DNA from: Octopus sinensis
Lineage: Eukaryota
Direction: 5' to 3'
NCBI RefSeq assembly: GCF_006345805.1
Contig: NC_043023.1
Location: 5,022,001-5,086,000, forward strand
Length of the DNA stretch: 64,000 nt
Part shown: positions 1-12,374 of the stretch, piece by piece
How the letters are laid out: the number at the start of each line of letters is the position of its first letter
How positions within the stretch are numbered: position 1 is the stretch's first letter
Translations under genes and position numbers: made by a program
The notes under the pieces: model-generated
Databases searched by the model: none
Told to the model about the DNA's origin: nothing
What the model saw: only the letters and a program-made list of their open reading frames with translations

Positions 1-2
1 GT

Positions 3-2114
3 CCAACTTTTCATAGCAGTTCATTGATAGAAGAAGCTCATGGTAATGTTAATCTCAGAAATCTCAGAAGTACTGGCATTGAAAGTGATAACATGGGTCA
101 TGCAGAATCAAGTGACCCCCATGAATCAGATGCACCTCACCCCTCTGTCAACAGCAACATTGGCTTGGAATTTCCATATACAGAAAGACTGGTAGAAAAC
201 ATAGAGGGTGCACAGCAGTTCACTTTGTTCCGTCAGCTGACCTCTATGGGAAAACTTGAAGACATAATTCTAAGAAATAGCGTGAGGGTTTTGAAGCTGG
301 TGGGTTGTCATTTGAGTTCACTGCCTGAAGACTTGGGTAACCTGTTATATCTGGAGGCCTTGGTATGCAGTGAAAACAAACTCACAGAGCTTCCACAGTC
401 TGTTGGTTATCTTCAGCATTTGAAAGTGTTACAAGTTGATATGAATCGCTTAAAACAGCTTCCGGCAAACATCGGATCCTTGAAGTCTTTGAAGTTGCTT
501 GCTGCCAATGACAACCAGTTGGAGTATCTGCCAGCAAGCATTTCGGTGCTAGAAAACCTCCAGACTCTCGACTTGTCGAACAATTGTTTGCGAAGCCTGC
601 CATTACACTTTCAGTCATCTTCATGTCTCAACCAACTTTACATCCAGAAAAACTCTATTGAAAAGTTACCACCTTGGATAGCAAAATTGTCGAAAATTCA
701 AGAATTCCAGGTTGGTGAGAACCAGTTGACCGAGTGGCCGGACTTTGAAGAGTTTGGTCGCACAGCCACAGAGCTCACGGTGTTAGATGTGTCAGAAAAC
801 CGGCTGAGTGCTCTGTCCAGTGGCTTTGGAGGACTACAATCATTGAATTGTTTAAATTTGGGCCGAAACCCTTTTGTTGACAATCAGAATGCAGAATGTG
901 TTGGCAATCTGTTGAAAGGGCTGCCAGACAGCTTCTGTCAGCTCCATGCTGTTACTTTGTTAAGCATTGATGGGAATTGCTTGCAGAACTTACCCGATAA
1001 TTTTGGTGATTTGCGGTCCCTGAAGATGCTGAACCTGTGCGACAACGAACTTGAAGCGTTACCAGATTCTTTCTCTTACCTGAACTCTTTACAACTATGT
1101 CTGCTTTCAAGGAACTCACTGAATTGCCTACCTGAGCAGTTTGGACACCTGCCTGCTCTCAAGCACCTGGAGGTGTCTCACAACAACCTGGTGGACTTGC
1201 CATCATCATTTGGTAAGTTGTCTACGCAATTAGTCTACCTAGACCTTTGCAATAATTGCATCCTGCATGAACTAAAGATCCTTGAGAAATTCGAAAGGCT
1301 CACCTTCCTGGACGTTGGTAGCAACCCATTTGTGCAGTGTGATTTGTCGTCCACCTCTCGTGCTGTGAATCCCCAACTCACCTCAGCCTGTAAGCACTAC
1401 TTCACTACATCACTTGCAGGACAGTTTGAAGATTTTGATAGTGACGAAGAAGGAAGGGATGAAGGTAAAAACTGTGATGATGATGATGAAGATGATGAAG
1501 ATAAAGATAAGAAAGGAAAGGTTGTATATAGTCAAATCACATATCAACAGGGAGATAAAGACACATTGCCATCAAGAAATAACCACCAATCTTCTCCTCA
1601 GAACTCTCCTTGTGGCATAGATAGCTCGTTTGTGGGTCCTACAGAGTCATGTAGTGACCCCTTGAAATCTTCAATGACCCTAACCCAGCAGCTCAAAGGC
1701 AACATCACGGACAGTGATGATGGCACGAAGCAGAATCATGTTGCAGCAGAAATCCACAGAATGTCTTGTCACCGTGACAACAGTGTCAATACAGATCATC
1801 ACCATAGTAACCACACCGACAAGAGAAACATGTCTGAGGTGAAACGAAAAGAGGAGGAAGACTGGGATGAAGAGGAATGGGCTGGAGACAGCAAAGTGGC
1901 CCCTGCTTGTCGTGACCACACCATGAACACTACCATGACAAACAACACTGTTAAGCACAATTCCAGCTGCAGACAACCCACCATGACCACCACAGGTGCT
2001 GAACTAAGCAGAGGTCACATATTCTTGCCAGCCGATATTCACAAAGACAACATAAATTATAACTTTGTTGGTTTCAGAAACTTCACTGGACAATTTGACA
2101 ATGCTGATGAATGA
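3..2114 (+). CDS. Leucine-rich repeat protein (about 15 typical 23-aa LRRs plus an acidic/His-rich disordered tail); 5' end open
   Basis: Uninterrupted frame from base 3 to TGA at 2112-2114. Repeats fit LxxLxLxxNxLxxLPxxhxxL (e.g. LQTLDLSNNCLRSLP, LKMLNLCDNELEALP). The ORF-track start at 24 is a TTG; the first ATG is at 93. The true start or an upstream exon may lie outside the window. Confidence 0.85.
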   Translation, partial: PTFHSSSLIEEAHGNVNLRNLRSTGIESDNMGHAESSDPHESDAPHPSVNSNIGLEFPYTERLVENIEGAQQFTLFRQLTSMGKLEDIILRNSVRVLKLVGCHLSSLPEDLGNLLYLEALVCSENKLTELPQSVGYLQHLKVLQVDMNRLKQLPANIGSLKSLKLLAANDNQLEYLPASISVLENLQTLDLSNNCLRSLPLHFQSSSCLNQLYIQKNSIEKLPPWIAKLSKIQEFQVGENQLTEWPDFEEFGRTATELTVLDVSENRLSALSSGFGGLQSLNCLNLGRNPFVDNQNAECVGNLLKGLPDSFCQLHAVTLLSIDGNCLQNLPDNFGDLRSLKMLNLCDNELEALPDSFSYLNSLQLCLLSRNSLNCLPEQFGHLPALKHLEVSHNNLVDLPSSFGKLSTQLVYLDLCNNCILHELKILEKFERLTFLDVGSNPFVQCDLSSTSRAVNPQLTSACKHYFTTSLAGQFEDFDSDEEGRDEGKNCDDDDEDDEDKDKKGKVVYSQITYQQGDKDTLPSRNNHQSSPQNSPCGIDSSFVGPTESCSDPLKSSMTLTQQLKGNITDSDDGTKQNHVAAEIHRMSCHRDNSVNTDHHHSNHTDKRNMSEVKRKEEEDWDEEEWAGDSKVAPACRDHTMNTTMTNNTVKHNSSCRQPTMTTTGAELSRGHIFLPADIHKDNINYNFVGFRNFTGQFDNADE

Positions 2115-2162
2115 ATGCCACTGATTCTCTCTCTCACACTCACTCACTCACTCTTTCTCTTG

Positions 2163-2199
<37 letters not shown>

Positions 2200-2204
<5 letters not shown>

Positions 2205-2600
2205 AGAAAAATAAATGACAAAGAAATGAACAATTATCCTATGAACTGCATTAGCTTACAGCTGTTTCTGCTATAAGAGGCAGTCGACTCATACTTGAGC
2301 TTCATCAGAGCCTTGAATATGAATTGCAATTTATTTGGGAAAGAATTACATTTGTGCCTATATAGGGAATGGCATCAACAATGAGAAAAGTGTATGTCCA
2401 AAAGGTTGTTGATGCCATTTTCTATATAGACACAATTGTGATTCTTTCCTAAGTAAATTACATTTCATACTTGAGGCTCTGATGAAGCTGTAGGGTGTCA
2501 TTCAAGTACTCAGCTATGTATTCACTGCATCTTATAAGCAGAAACAGCTGTGGTTCATAAGATAATCATTTATCCTTTTGTCATCACGCTTTCTCTTACT
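2200..2600. mobile_element. Decayed inverted-repeat element (PLE pseudo-LTR-like) with two hammerhead cores
   Basis: About 2200-2330 is a diverged reverse complement of about 2460-2600. Both arms carry CTGATGAAGCT...GCAGAAACAGCTGT. The element starts right after a (TA)n tract. Confidence 0.55.
2253..2312 (-). ncRNA. Minimal type-I hammerhead ribozyme-like motif
   Basis: Minus strand reads GGCT-CTGATGA-helix II-GAAAC-AGCT-GTA-AGCT: intact core, palindromic AGCT loop, cleavage triplet GUA, short helix I. Confidence 0.5.
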
Positions 2601-2759
2601 GCCACTCTATGCTCAGCCAACACTTCGTTCTGAAACATATATTGAGTTCTACACTGGGTTATTTATCTCACAATACCTAAGCGAAATATGTGTATACATA
2701 TATTCATTCAAAAATTGACCCAAAAGAAAGCAAAGGAACAAAGAGAAAATTGACGCACA

Positions 2760-3025
2760 AGACATGGACATGAGCTTACCTTGTCAGTTATTGTCCAAAA
2801 CGCCTTACAATTTCACACCTTTAACGATAATATTGTTCAGTTTTGGTTTGTCAACAGCAAAAAGCTACTGAGAATAATAACGAGTGAGTGTAAAGGATGG
2901 AGACAAAAACGAAGACAACCCTGGTTGTTGGTACAAATAAAAATATACAGACAAAACAAAGGCTGTTCTGCTCGGCTCTGAGACAACATTAAGACAAGAC
3001 CTGTAGAAGTAACACAATGGAAATG
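2760..3025 (+). mobile_element. Old LINE reverse-transcriptase relic (second copy about 10240-10490)
   Basis: Two clearly similar copies. The translation FNDNIVQF...KLLRIITSECKG resembles the decayed [Y/F]ADD...L..L..EC segment of a non-LTR RT. Confidence 0.35.
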
Positions 3026-3053
3026 TGTATGTGTGTGTATATATATATATATC

Positions 3054-3084
<31 letters not shown>

Positions 3085-3791
3085 CTTTACACATATATAC
3101 ACATGAATTTTTTCTTGGAAATATATACATACATGAATACACACACACATACATTTCATACCTCTTCTTTAACACAATAATATGCACTATTTTTTCTCTC
3201 TTTCAATGTCTTTCTTTTCTGTCTATTTATCTGTCTTTCATATACACACAATGACCACACTGACATGCACAATCACACACACACACATACTGTTCAAGAT
3301 TTGTTCATTAGACTTTTGTATTCCCTAGTATTTTAGGCCTGGCTGTGTGCTAAGAAGTTTGCTTCCCAACCACATGGTTCTAGTTTCAATCTCACTGCGT
3401 GACATCTTGGATAAGTGTCCCTAATACAGCCTTAGACTGATCAAAACCTTGCGAGTGGATTTGGTTGGCAGAAACTGAAAGAAGCCCTTTGCATACATGT
3501 GTGTGCATGTGTCTTTATATCTGTGTTTCTCCTCCATCACCACTTGCCAACCGATGTTGGTGTGTTTATGTCCCTCTAAACTTAGCAGTTCTGCAAAAGA
3601 GACTGATAGAATAAGGCTTTACAAAAAAAAGTACTGGGGTTGATTCATTCAACTAGAATTCTTCAAGGCTGTGCACCAGCATGGCCACAATCGAATGACT
3701 GAAACTAGTAGAAGGTAGGATAAAAATACAAAATTTTAATAGACATATCTTAAGAAGTGCCATGATACATTTAACTCTTTGGTATTTAAAC

Positions 3792-4021
3792 GGCGGCGAG
3801 CTGGCAGAAACATTAGCATGCCGGGCGAAATGCTTTACGGTATTTCGTCTGCGTTACGTTGTGAGTTCAAATTCCGCCGAGGTCGACTTTGCCTTTCATC
3901 CTTTTGGGGTCGATAAATTAAGTACCAGTTACGCACTGGGGTCGATATAATCGACTTAATACCTATGTCTGTCCTTGTTTGTCCCCTCTGTGTTTAGCCC
4001 CTTGTGGGTAATAAAGAAATG
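3792..4021 (+). mobile_element. tRNA-derived SINE family B (GGCGGCGAGCTGGCAGAA head)
   Basis: Box-A/B-like head (TGGCAGAA...GAGTTCAAATTCC), central GCCTTTCATCCTTTTGGGGTCGATAAA, tail CCCCTTGTGGGTAATAAAGAAAT. Further copies or fragments near 9476-10040, 34185-34315 (-), 56340-56470 and 61427-61540. Confidence 0.75.
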
Positions 4022-4192
4022 GGTATTTAAACGGGTCACATCTGGCCTAGATATTGTTTTATGTTCAGCCGAGCCAGATCTGATCCCTTTCACTTTCCCT
4101 ACAATGTCTTTTAAAGATAAACAATCACACCATCGAAATCTTGAAGCTGTAAGGAAGTGTATGACTAACTGAAGGCAATGTGAATAAATATA

Positions 4193-4570
4193 GGTGTAGG
4201 AGTGGCTGTGTGGTAAGTAGCTTGCTTACCAACCACATGGTTCTGGGCTCGGTCCCACTGCGTGGTATCTTGGGAAAGTGTCTTCTACTATAGCCTCAGG
4301 CTGACCAATGCCTTGTGAGTGGATTTGGTAGATGGAAACTGAAAGAAGCCCGTCATATATGTATATGTGTGTTTGTCCCCCCAACATTGCTTACAACTGA
4401 TGCTGGTGTGTTTACGTCTCTGGAACTTAGCAGTTCAGCAAAATAGACCGATAGAATAAGTACTAGGCTTACAAAGAATATGTCAAGGGGTCGATTTGCT
4501 CGACTAAAGGTGGTGCTCCAGCATGGCCACAGTCAAATGACTGAAACAAGTAAAAGAGCAAAGAGTAAAT
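4193..4570 (+). mobile_element. tRNA-derived SINE family A (GGAGTGGCTGTGTGGTAAG head, about 400 bp); most abundant repeat in the window
   Basis: Box A TGGCTGTGTGG, box-B-like GGTTCAGTCC in most copies, internal (TA)/(TG) tract, tail CAGCATGGCC(A/G)CAGTCAAATGACTGAAACAAGTAAAAGA. More than 20 copies or fragments on both strands, e.g. 11190-11575 (-), 19752-20165, 20855-21272, 23105-23512 (-), 25212-25590 (-), 28524-28980 (-), 33268-33692, 35615-36040 (-), 59744-60151 (-). Confidence 0.9.
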
Positions 4571-5820
4571 AAGTATTACATTTGAAAGAGTATTTCTGGA
4601 TGCAAAAGAACTGAACTGGCCATATTGAGCCAAAATATTCTACCTGTTTTATGTTCAAACTGGCCAGATCAGGCCCTTCATACCCACTCTACAATGTCAT
4701 TGAAAGCCACAAGATAAGCTGTGATTATTTCAAAAGCAATGTTAACAAATAAGCATTATATTTGACAGACTAGTCTGAATGCTTTTGATACCATCCGACC
4801 TGAAACCACTTCTGGCTTTGTACAAATGTTTTTTCATAAGTTCTGAATAAAAATCTTCCACCAAACCTTAGTCACAATTTATGTTCCCAACACTAGCTGA
4901 ATGATAACTCAGTTATTTTACTAAATTCTTTGTTATATTTAAAATTAATTGAAAGAAACACTTAGCATCTCAACAGAAATATAACAAAAGGGTTAAATAC
5001 TACTTCAGGAGTATTAGGGATAGAAGTCAAATGGATGAATCTTGAGGATGACTTCTATTAACTTGTTTGACTCTTAAACTCACACACACCATTACCAGAC
5101 ACCAACACCTCATACACACATATACTGCCATAAACATCAATGCACACACACACACATATACATATTCCCTTGTTTTTCTACCAAAATTTGAACCAAAGAT
5201 ATTCTTTGGTACTTGTGACTAATAAAAGCTTATCTCTCTCTATATATAAATTGTCTCTCTGTCTGTCTATTTCCTATGCATTCTCAAACAGTTTAACCAA
5301 ATCAAATTTTACAATGTAATAAGTATTAGGCCCCAGGAGTGTTGACATGTTTTATTTTCATTTCCATTAAAACAATATAACGTTTATCTAAAATAATCTT
5401 TCTATAGTTAACTATAGTAAAGGACATTTTATACCACCACAACGACGTCACATTTTTGTGTGTTCATTACGTATGTTAGGCTTCAGAGAATTAAACACAC
5501 ACACACATCTACACATATGCATATGTGATGACTGACAAGTATATGTGTGAGTATACATACATTTTAGTGACAACTGACACAGACATCTAAAGAGAAAGAG
5601 GTAGGCCGTTCTACAGAGAGAAATACATTTCAAGTGTTAGATATTCAGACAGAGAGAGAACGAGTGATGTCCCACAAAAGTCTAGAATCAGCTCACACAT
5701 ACATAGACATATGTAATGACTGACAAGTATATAATAAATATTCTTTACCCTGAGGTGTGCGTAAATGTATGTCTTAGTATATGTGTGTGATTGTCAATTA
5801 CATTGATATAAACTGGCTGT

Positions 5821-6228
5821 GAAAGAGCTATACTGGCTCCAATTAATGAAATCGTTGATGAACTTAATCATGAATTTCTTCAAAAGTTAACAGATATCAG
5901 AAATGACTTTTCGATCAATTCACCCTTTTGAATTTCTGAATACCCTTAAACCCCTTGGGATGCCACTGCATAACTTCACACTAAAGTTCGGTGCTCCCTT
6001 TATGTTGCTTAGGAATCTTGACCCACCTCACCTGTGTAATGGAACTCAATTGTTACTTCCATGAAGCCCCATGTCCTACGGGCAACAATCATATCAGGTA
6101 GTCACAAAGGAGAAAACGTCTTTATTCCCAAAATTCCTCTCATATCTCCAGATGTTCCATTTGAATTTAAGAAGCTTCAGGTTCCAGTCAGACTAAGTTT
6201 TGCTATTTCAATTAACAACTCTCAGGGT
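5821..6228 (+). pseudogene. PIF1-like Helitron helicase C-terminal relic
   Basis: Translations ERAILAPINEIVDELN, MLLRNLDP..LCNGT and FIPKIPLISPDVPFEFKKLQVPVRLSFAISINNSQG match PIF1/Helitron helicase motifs. Frameshifted. Confidence 0.85.
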
Positions 6229-6361
6229 CATGTCAATGTGAGAACCACGACCCATGTATGTTGATTCTTTGTTTTTGCACATTCCTTAAAATGAATAATC
6301 TGGTGTGCTTAGTTTAAAAGTATATGATATATATTTTTAAATCATATATATATATATATGT

Positions 6362-6660
6362 GGAGACACAATGGCCCAGTGGTTAGGGCAGTGGACTCGC
6401 AGTTGTTGGATCGCAGTTTCGATTCCCAGACCAGGCATTGTGAGTGTTTATTGAGCGAAAACACCTAAAGCTCCATGAGGCTCTGGTAGGGGGTGGTGGC
6501 GATCCCTGCTGTACCCTTTTGCCACAACTTTCTCTCACTCTTTCTTCTGATGGCCTGCTTGCTTAGCCAGCGGGGTGGCGTCATTTGAAGACTAAAACAA
6601 TGCGAAGCGCATTGTGACCAGCAATGTGTAACAACATCTGAGAGTGTGATCATGGTGATA
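6362..6660 (+). mobile_element. tRNA-derived SINE family C (second copy 46691-46970)
   Basis: Head TGGCCCAGTGGTTAGGGCAG...TTCGATTCC; both copies share the body and 3' end. Confidence 0.8.
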
Positions 6661-8857
6661 TATATATATATGTGTGTGTGTGTGTTGATAAATCAAGTAC
6701 CAGTGAAGCACTGGGGTTGATGTAATCATCTAGTCCCCTCCCCGAAAATTTCAGGCCTTGTGCCTAAAATAGACAGGATTATTATTATTAATATCTATGA
6801 AGCAGTAAGCTGGCAGAATTGTTAGCATGCCTGGCAAGCTACATACTTCTCCCACGGCCATCTCTATGTTGGTTGCTCACAAGTTGGAAGCAGCAACAAT
6901 TTATTCATTTGGATACCAACAAAGAATTACACAATGGATGTCGTTTACCCTGAGGTGCTCCAAGATTGACAGATTTTCAGTTCTTAGAGTTGTTAATTAC
7001 ATCATTACAATTTGGATATTTTTTAAGTAAAATATAAATATTTTGAAATAATTATGAGGAAAAAGCATATCTTCATATTTATTGTTTACTAATCAGAATA
7101 AGAACAGCAGTAACCCGGGCAATGCCAAGTCATTCAACTAGTTGTTACTAATTCTACTGACTCTACATTTTGAGTTTAGTTCTTGCTGGGGTCAACTAAC
7201 CCTTTAGTGTTTAAACTGACATATCTGGCCTAAATATTCTTCCTGCTTTATGTTCAAACCAGCCAGATCTGGTCTCTTACACTTACCCTGCAATGTCATT
7301 CATTTGAATCTTAAAGAATATGTGTGTGTGTGTGTACATTATAGGTGCAGGTGTAGCTGTGTGGTAAGAATAATTGAAGAGGTGTATTACCTCAAAAAGA
7401 GACTAAAAATGTAAAAAATGAGAGGATTATTGCCTCGTGTTTGTGTTTTATTTTTAATTTTGAACTGTGTGAGAGGTTTATGGCCTCATTGTGTTTTTAA
7501 AAAAAAAGAAAAAAAGAATGTTTTAGAGAAGCAAAAGTCGGCGGGCGCTTTTCGTCTTCTCCCATCCTTATCATCCATATATCATCATCATTCATCCCAT
7601 TAATATCTCTGTCTAGCCCTGAAGCTTCTCTCTGTGTGCTGCCCTTGTGGAAAATTTAATGAAATAAAGAAGCTTGCTTCCCAACCACATGGTTCTGTGT
7701 TCAGTCCCACTGCATGGTACCTTGGGCAAGTGTCTTCTACTATAGCCTCAGGCTAATCAAAGCCTTATGAGGGGATTCAGTTGATGGAAACTGAAAGAAG
7801 CCTGTCATTAGGTGCATGACACTGGTATCTGCCATGACTGTGATTTTGCTTTGCTTGATGGGTCTTCTCAAGCACGACATAATACAAAAGGTCTTGGTTA
7901 TTGCCTCCATGATATACATAACTACAAAGTTATAATAATAATAATATTGATATATAAAAAAACATGTCTTCCATACTATCCAATAAGAACAAGAAAATAA
8001 ATGGTATCCCATAGTGGGTTACCCTCATAACCCCTATCTTACTTTGAATTGTATATATATATACACACACAAAATGTATATATTTGTGTGTGTCTTTTGT
8101 GTCTGTTCCCCACCATTGCTTAACAACTGGCATTGGTGTGGTTACGTGCCTGTAACTTAGCAGTTCAGCAAAATCGATCAATAGAATAAGTCTTGGGGTC
8201 AATTTCTTCAACTAAAACCCTTTTAAGGCAGTACTCCAGCATGGCCACAGTCAAATGACTGAAACAAGTAAAAGAATATGAGATACTACAGATTAAATCA
8301 ATGTAATCAAGTAACTCTTCTTAAAATTGCTGGCCTTGTGTCAAAATTTGAAAGAATTATTATTATGAGTTTTTCTTCTTTCTATTTATTTCTGAGTGTC
8401 TTCCTGACACCTAGGGCAAAGAAACTTACTGTATACATTGATAGGCCATTAAACTAAACACACCAGATTATTCATTTTCAAAGGGAAATGTGCAAAAAAA
8501 TATTAACATACATGGGTTGTGGTTGTTCTCACATTGACAATGCTCTTCTCAATATGTGTGACACCTGTTTAAGCAATCCTTTGCAGGAATGGTAAGTCTA
8601 TTATTATTATTATATGTTTGGCTTTTGCTTTGTATTCATATAAGTTGACTCCAAGTCTCACCAAAAGACATCAAGAGATAAGTTAGAAGTTCAAGTCAGT
8701 ATTATGACTAAGGGACCAGGTTTTTGGTTTTGCACAGAGTATTGTTCAAGAGGAATGGTTCCCAACCTTTTCACTACCAAGGACCACTTTTATTTAAATG
8801 AGTTTTCCCACAGACCCCTTTTAATATGCTTGTCCTTATGTGTATATGTATATATAT

Positions 8858-9005
8858 AATATGTCACAATTATTCTGTAGCCAAGATAAAACTCAGTTTC
8901 GGATGCCGAGGTGGCCAGATAACTGAAGAGATGGCTGCATGGATTTCCACTTCGGCATCTGAAACTCAGAGTTTTATCTTGGCTACCGAATAATTGTCAC
9001 ATATT
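8858..9005. repeat. About 150-bp fold-back hairpin element
   Basis: AATATGTCACAATTATTCTGTAGCCAAGATAAAACT...GCCGAGGTGG is a near-perfect reverse complement of CCACTTCGGCATCTGAAACTCAGAGTTTTATCTTGGCTACCGAATAATTGTCACATATT. Confidence 0.85.
8915..8982 (+). ncRNA. Hammerhead-like motif inside the hairpin
   Basis: CCAGATAA-CTGAAGA-GATG...CATC-T-GAAA-CTCAGAG-TT-TTATCTTGG. Helix I has 8 bp with one bulge; there is one extra U before GAAA. Confidence 0.5.
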
Positions 9006-12000
9006 ATTTTACAGATAAATTTCCTCTGTTTTAATAATATTGAGGTCTCTTTCTTTCTTTTGTTATCTTACTGTTTTTACCAGTATGTATATATATATAT
9101 GCAGACACACACACAAAATTTTGAATTTAGTTCACAGACCCCCAGTTCTACCTTTGCGGACTACAGGTTGGTTCTAGAGAATGTCTGTCAAAATATAAAA
9201 TAAATTAAAAACAATCTGATGGTAAGAGGATAGTATGTTCTTAAGATTACTGTAAAAGGTGTTTGCCATTATGTAGATTTAAGAGTATTTTTGACAATGT
9301 TTACAAATTAAAATGTTTGTGGAATTACATAGACAATATTTTTCTTAAAATATAATTTTTTGAATTTCTTCCATTTTGGGATTTTCTGGCATCTGCGATA
9401 GGGAACAATCAGCCTCTTTTGCTATCATCCCTAAGGTGCCTATGTTCAGTTTCCACATTTTGATTATTATCTATCAAGCAGCAAGCTGGCAGAGTCATTA
9501 GCATGCTCAGCAAAATGCTTAGTGGCATTTCATCCGCCTTTACATTCTGAGTTCAAATTCTTTTGAGGTCAACTTTGTCTTTCATCCTTTCAGTGTTGAT
9601 AAACCAGTACCAGTGAAACACTGGGGTTGATGTAATCAACCAGTCCCCTCCCCGAAAATTTCAGGCCTTGTGCCTAAAATAGACGGGATTATTATTATTA
9701 CTATATAATACCAGTTAAATACTGGGGAGATTTACTCCAGTAAGCTGGCATAATTGTTAGCATGCCTGGCAAAATGCTTAGCACCTTTTCATCTGCCGTT
9801 ACATTATGAGTTCAAATTCTGCCAAGGTCGACTTTGCCTTTCATCCTTTCAGGGTCGATAAATTAAGTACCAGTTACGCACTGAGGTCGATGCAATTGAC
9901 TTGATAGAATCATTAGCACACCAGACAAGGTGCTTAGTGGTATTTTCATCCAAATTTACATTCTGAGTTCAAATCCAGTTGAAGTTAATTTTGCCTTTTA
10001 TCCTTTTGGGGTTGATAAAATAAGTACCTGTTGAGTACTAGAAATTAGGTGCCATTTGCATGAGTGTGATTTTGCTCAGCTTGATGGGTCTTCTTCTCAA
10101 GCACAACATAATGCCAAAGGTCTCGGTCATGGCCTCCATCAGGCCCAACATTCGAAAGGAACTTGGCCACTTTGCCTCTTTGGGGCCCAACACTGCATGA
10201 CATCAAAAAGTGACCTGAAAGAGAACAAAGGAACAAACAGAAAATTTCCTTGTCAGATATCATCCGAAGATCCTTCCAATTTCACACCTTTAATGATAAT
10301 ATTATTCATGTTTAGTGGTGTCAACAACAAAAAGCTGCTGGGAATAATAATGAGTGAGTGTAAAGGACAGAGACAAAAACAAACACAACCCAGGTTGTTG
10401 GTACAAATAAAAATATACAAACAAAACAAAGGCTGCACAGCTTGGCCATGAGAGTATTAGGACAAGACCTGCAGAAGTAAGTCATGGAAAATGTGTGTGG
10501 GTATATACATATATATATATATATACATAGAGAGAGAGATGTATATATACTACACTCTTGGGTGGTTGCTGTTAAGAAGGGCATCCAGCTGTAAGAAACC
10601 ATGTCAAATTCGGTTGGAACCTGGTGCAACTTACCACTTTTCAGTCGAACCATCCAACCCATGCTAGCATGGGAAACAAACGTTAAATGATGATATATAT
10701 ATACATACATACATAATGAGAAATTTAGATAGGCTGGCCTCATCACATGACTGAAGGACAATAGATGGACAATCAGGTTGATGGAATAGACCAGATCAAG
10801 TGGGCTGACCAAGGACAAAATAGCAAGATAATCTCACCCAGTACATAGCCAGAGACCGACATTGAGGGAAGGAAATCTTGCTGTGTCTATTTATCATCCA
10901 CACCACATGACCAAACCAATGCAGTCTTCACTCTTGCACTGAATTCCTCTTATGCCTAACTAATCTCTCAATACACTAGCACTTTGTTTAAATTACATCC
11001 AAGAAATCAGATAATAGTGAAGCGAGCATAGAATGTTATTGTTGATATAATGTTCATTGACTCAGATATCTCATGAAGGCAGCATTTCATCAAATTCCTG
11101 TAGTAAGCTACCTTATGACAATTGTATTGAATGGACCAGCAGTTATCCACTGCTGGGTATCCCAGTGTTCCTGAGACCTTTCTTCCATACTCTTTTACTT
11201 GTTTCAGTCATTCGACTGCGGCCATGCTGGAGCACCGCCTTTTAGTCGAGCAAATCGACCCCAGGACTTATTCATTGTAAGCCTAGTACTTATTCTATCA
11301 GTCTCTTTTGCCGGACTGCTAAGTTACGGGAACGTAAATGCACCAGCATTGGTTGTTAAGTGATGTTGGGGGTGACAAACACAGATACACATATATATAT
11401 ATATACATATATACGATGGGATTCTTTCAGTTTCCGTCTACCAAATCTACCCACAAGGCTTTGGTCGGCCTGAAGCTATAGTAGAAGACACTTGCCCAAG
11501 GTGCCATGAAGTGGGACTGAACCCGGAACCATGTGTTTCGTAAGCAAGCTACTTACCACACAGCCACTCCTGCACCATAGTTCTTAAATCTTGGTGAAAT
11601 CATACACCCTGTTCATCATTTCAGTCATCAATGTTGTCTGAGAAACAATTCAAGTGACGGTGGAGGTAATGCACTTTGATGCTGATATTACTGTTGAATT
11701 AATGCTTTATGGCTCTCAAGAAAATTTCTTGCAACCAGAGTGAACAAAGACCATGCAACCGCCTCAGCATTGTTTATCGAATCTTGGAAATGTGGATGTT
11801 TCATGAGCTTCCTGCGTCCCATCAAAGCAACCTTCCTTCAGCTTCACACTCAGTGCTGGAAACTTTCTACAGATGTAGTCAAAGCAGGCCCATTCTTTGT
11901 TTAACCTTTTAGCATTTAAACTAGCCAAAATATTCTGGTACCGATAGAAGTACCAGACTTAAAAAGTATTGGGATTGATTCATTCAATTAAAAATTCTTC

Positions 12001-12164
12001 AAAGAGGTGCTCCAGCATGGTTGCAGTCTGATGACTGAAACAAATAAAAGAGAAAAGGTGACTTCAGCATGACTTGTGCAACATAGATAAAATTTCATTT
12101 CGTCTCAATTGCATACAGCTACACCTTTCTGGCCCAATATTTCAACACTAATTACTATATTTAA

Positions 12165-12374
12165 CCCTTTCGTTACTGTATTTATTTTGAGATGCTCTGT
12201 GTTTCTTTCAATTACTTTAAATATAACAAAGAATTTAGTAAAATAACTTAGTTATCATTAAGCTAGTGTTAGGAACATAAATTGTGACTAAGGTTTGGTG
12301 GAAGATTTTAATTCAAAACTTATGAAAACAAGACATTTATACTCAGAGCCAGTGCCGGGTTGGTAACGAAAGGG
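12165..12374. mobile_element. piggyBac-type MITE (about 210-220 bp) with TTAA target duplications
   Basis: TTAA|CCCTTTCGTTAC...GTAACGAAAGGG|TTAA, nested in another TTAA-type MITE. Sister copies at 40547-40766, 40798-41018 and about 4790-4992. Confidence 0.8.

Larger units (their letters stand above)
5233..7141 (+). mobile_element. Helitron deletion derivative with nested SINEs
   Basis: Begins A|TCTCTCTCTATATATAAA and ends with a decayed hairpin CCCGGGCAATGCC followed by CTAG|T. Contains a helicase relic. Confidence 0.7.

Noticed and set aside
4193-4270. tRNA genes at SINE heads
   Set aside because: Box A/B only, continuing into SINE bodies; no complete cloverleaf.
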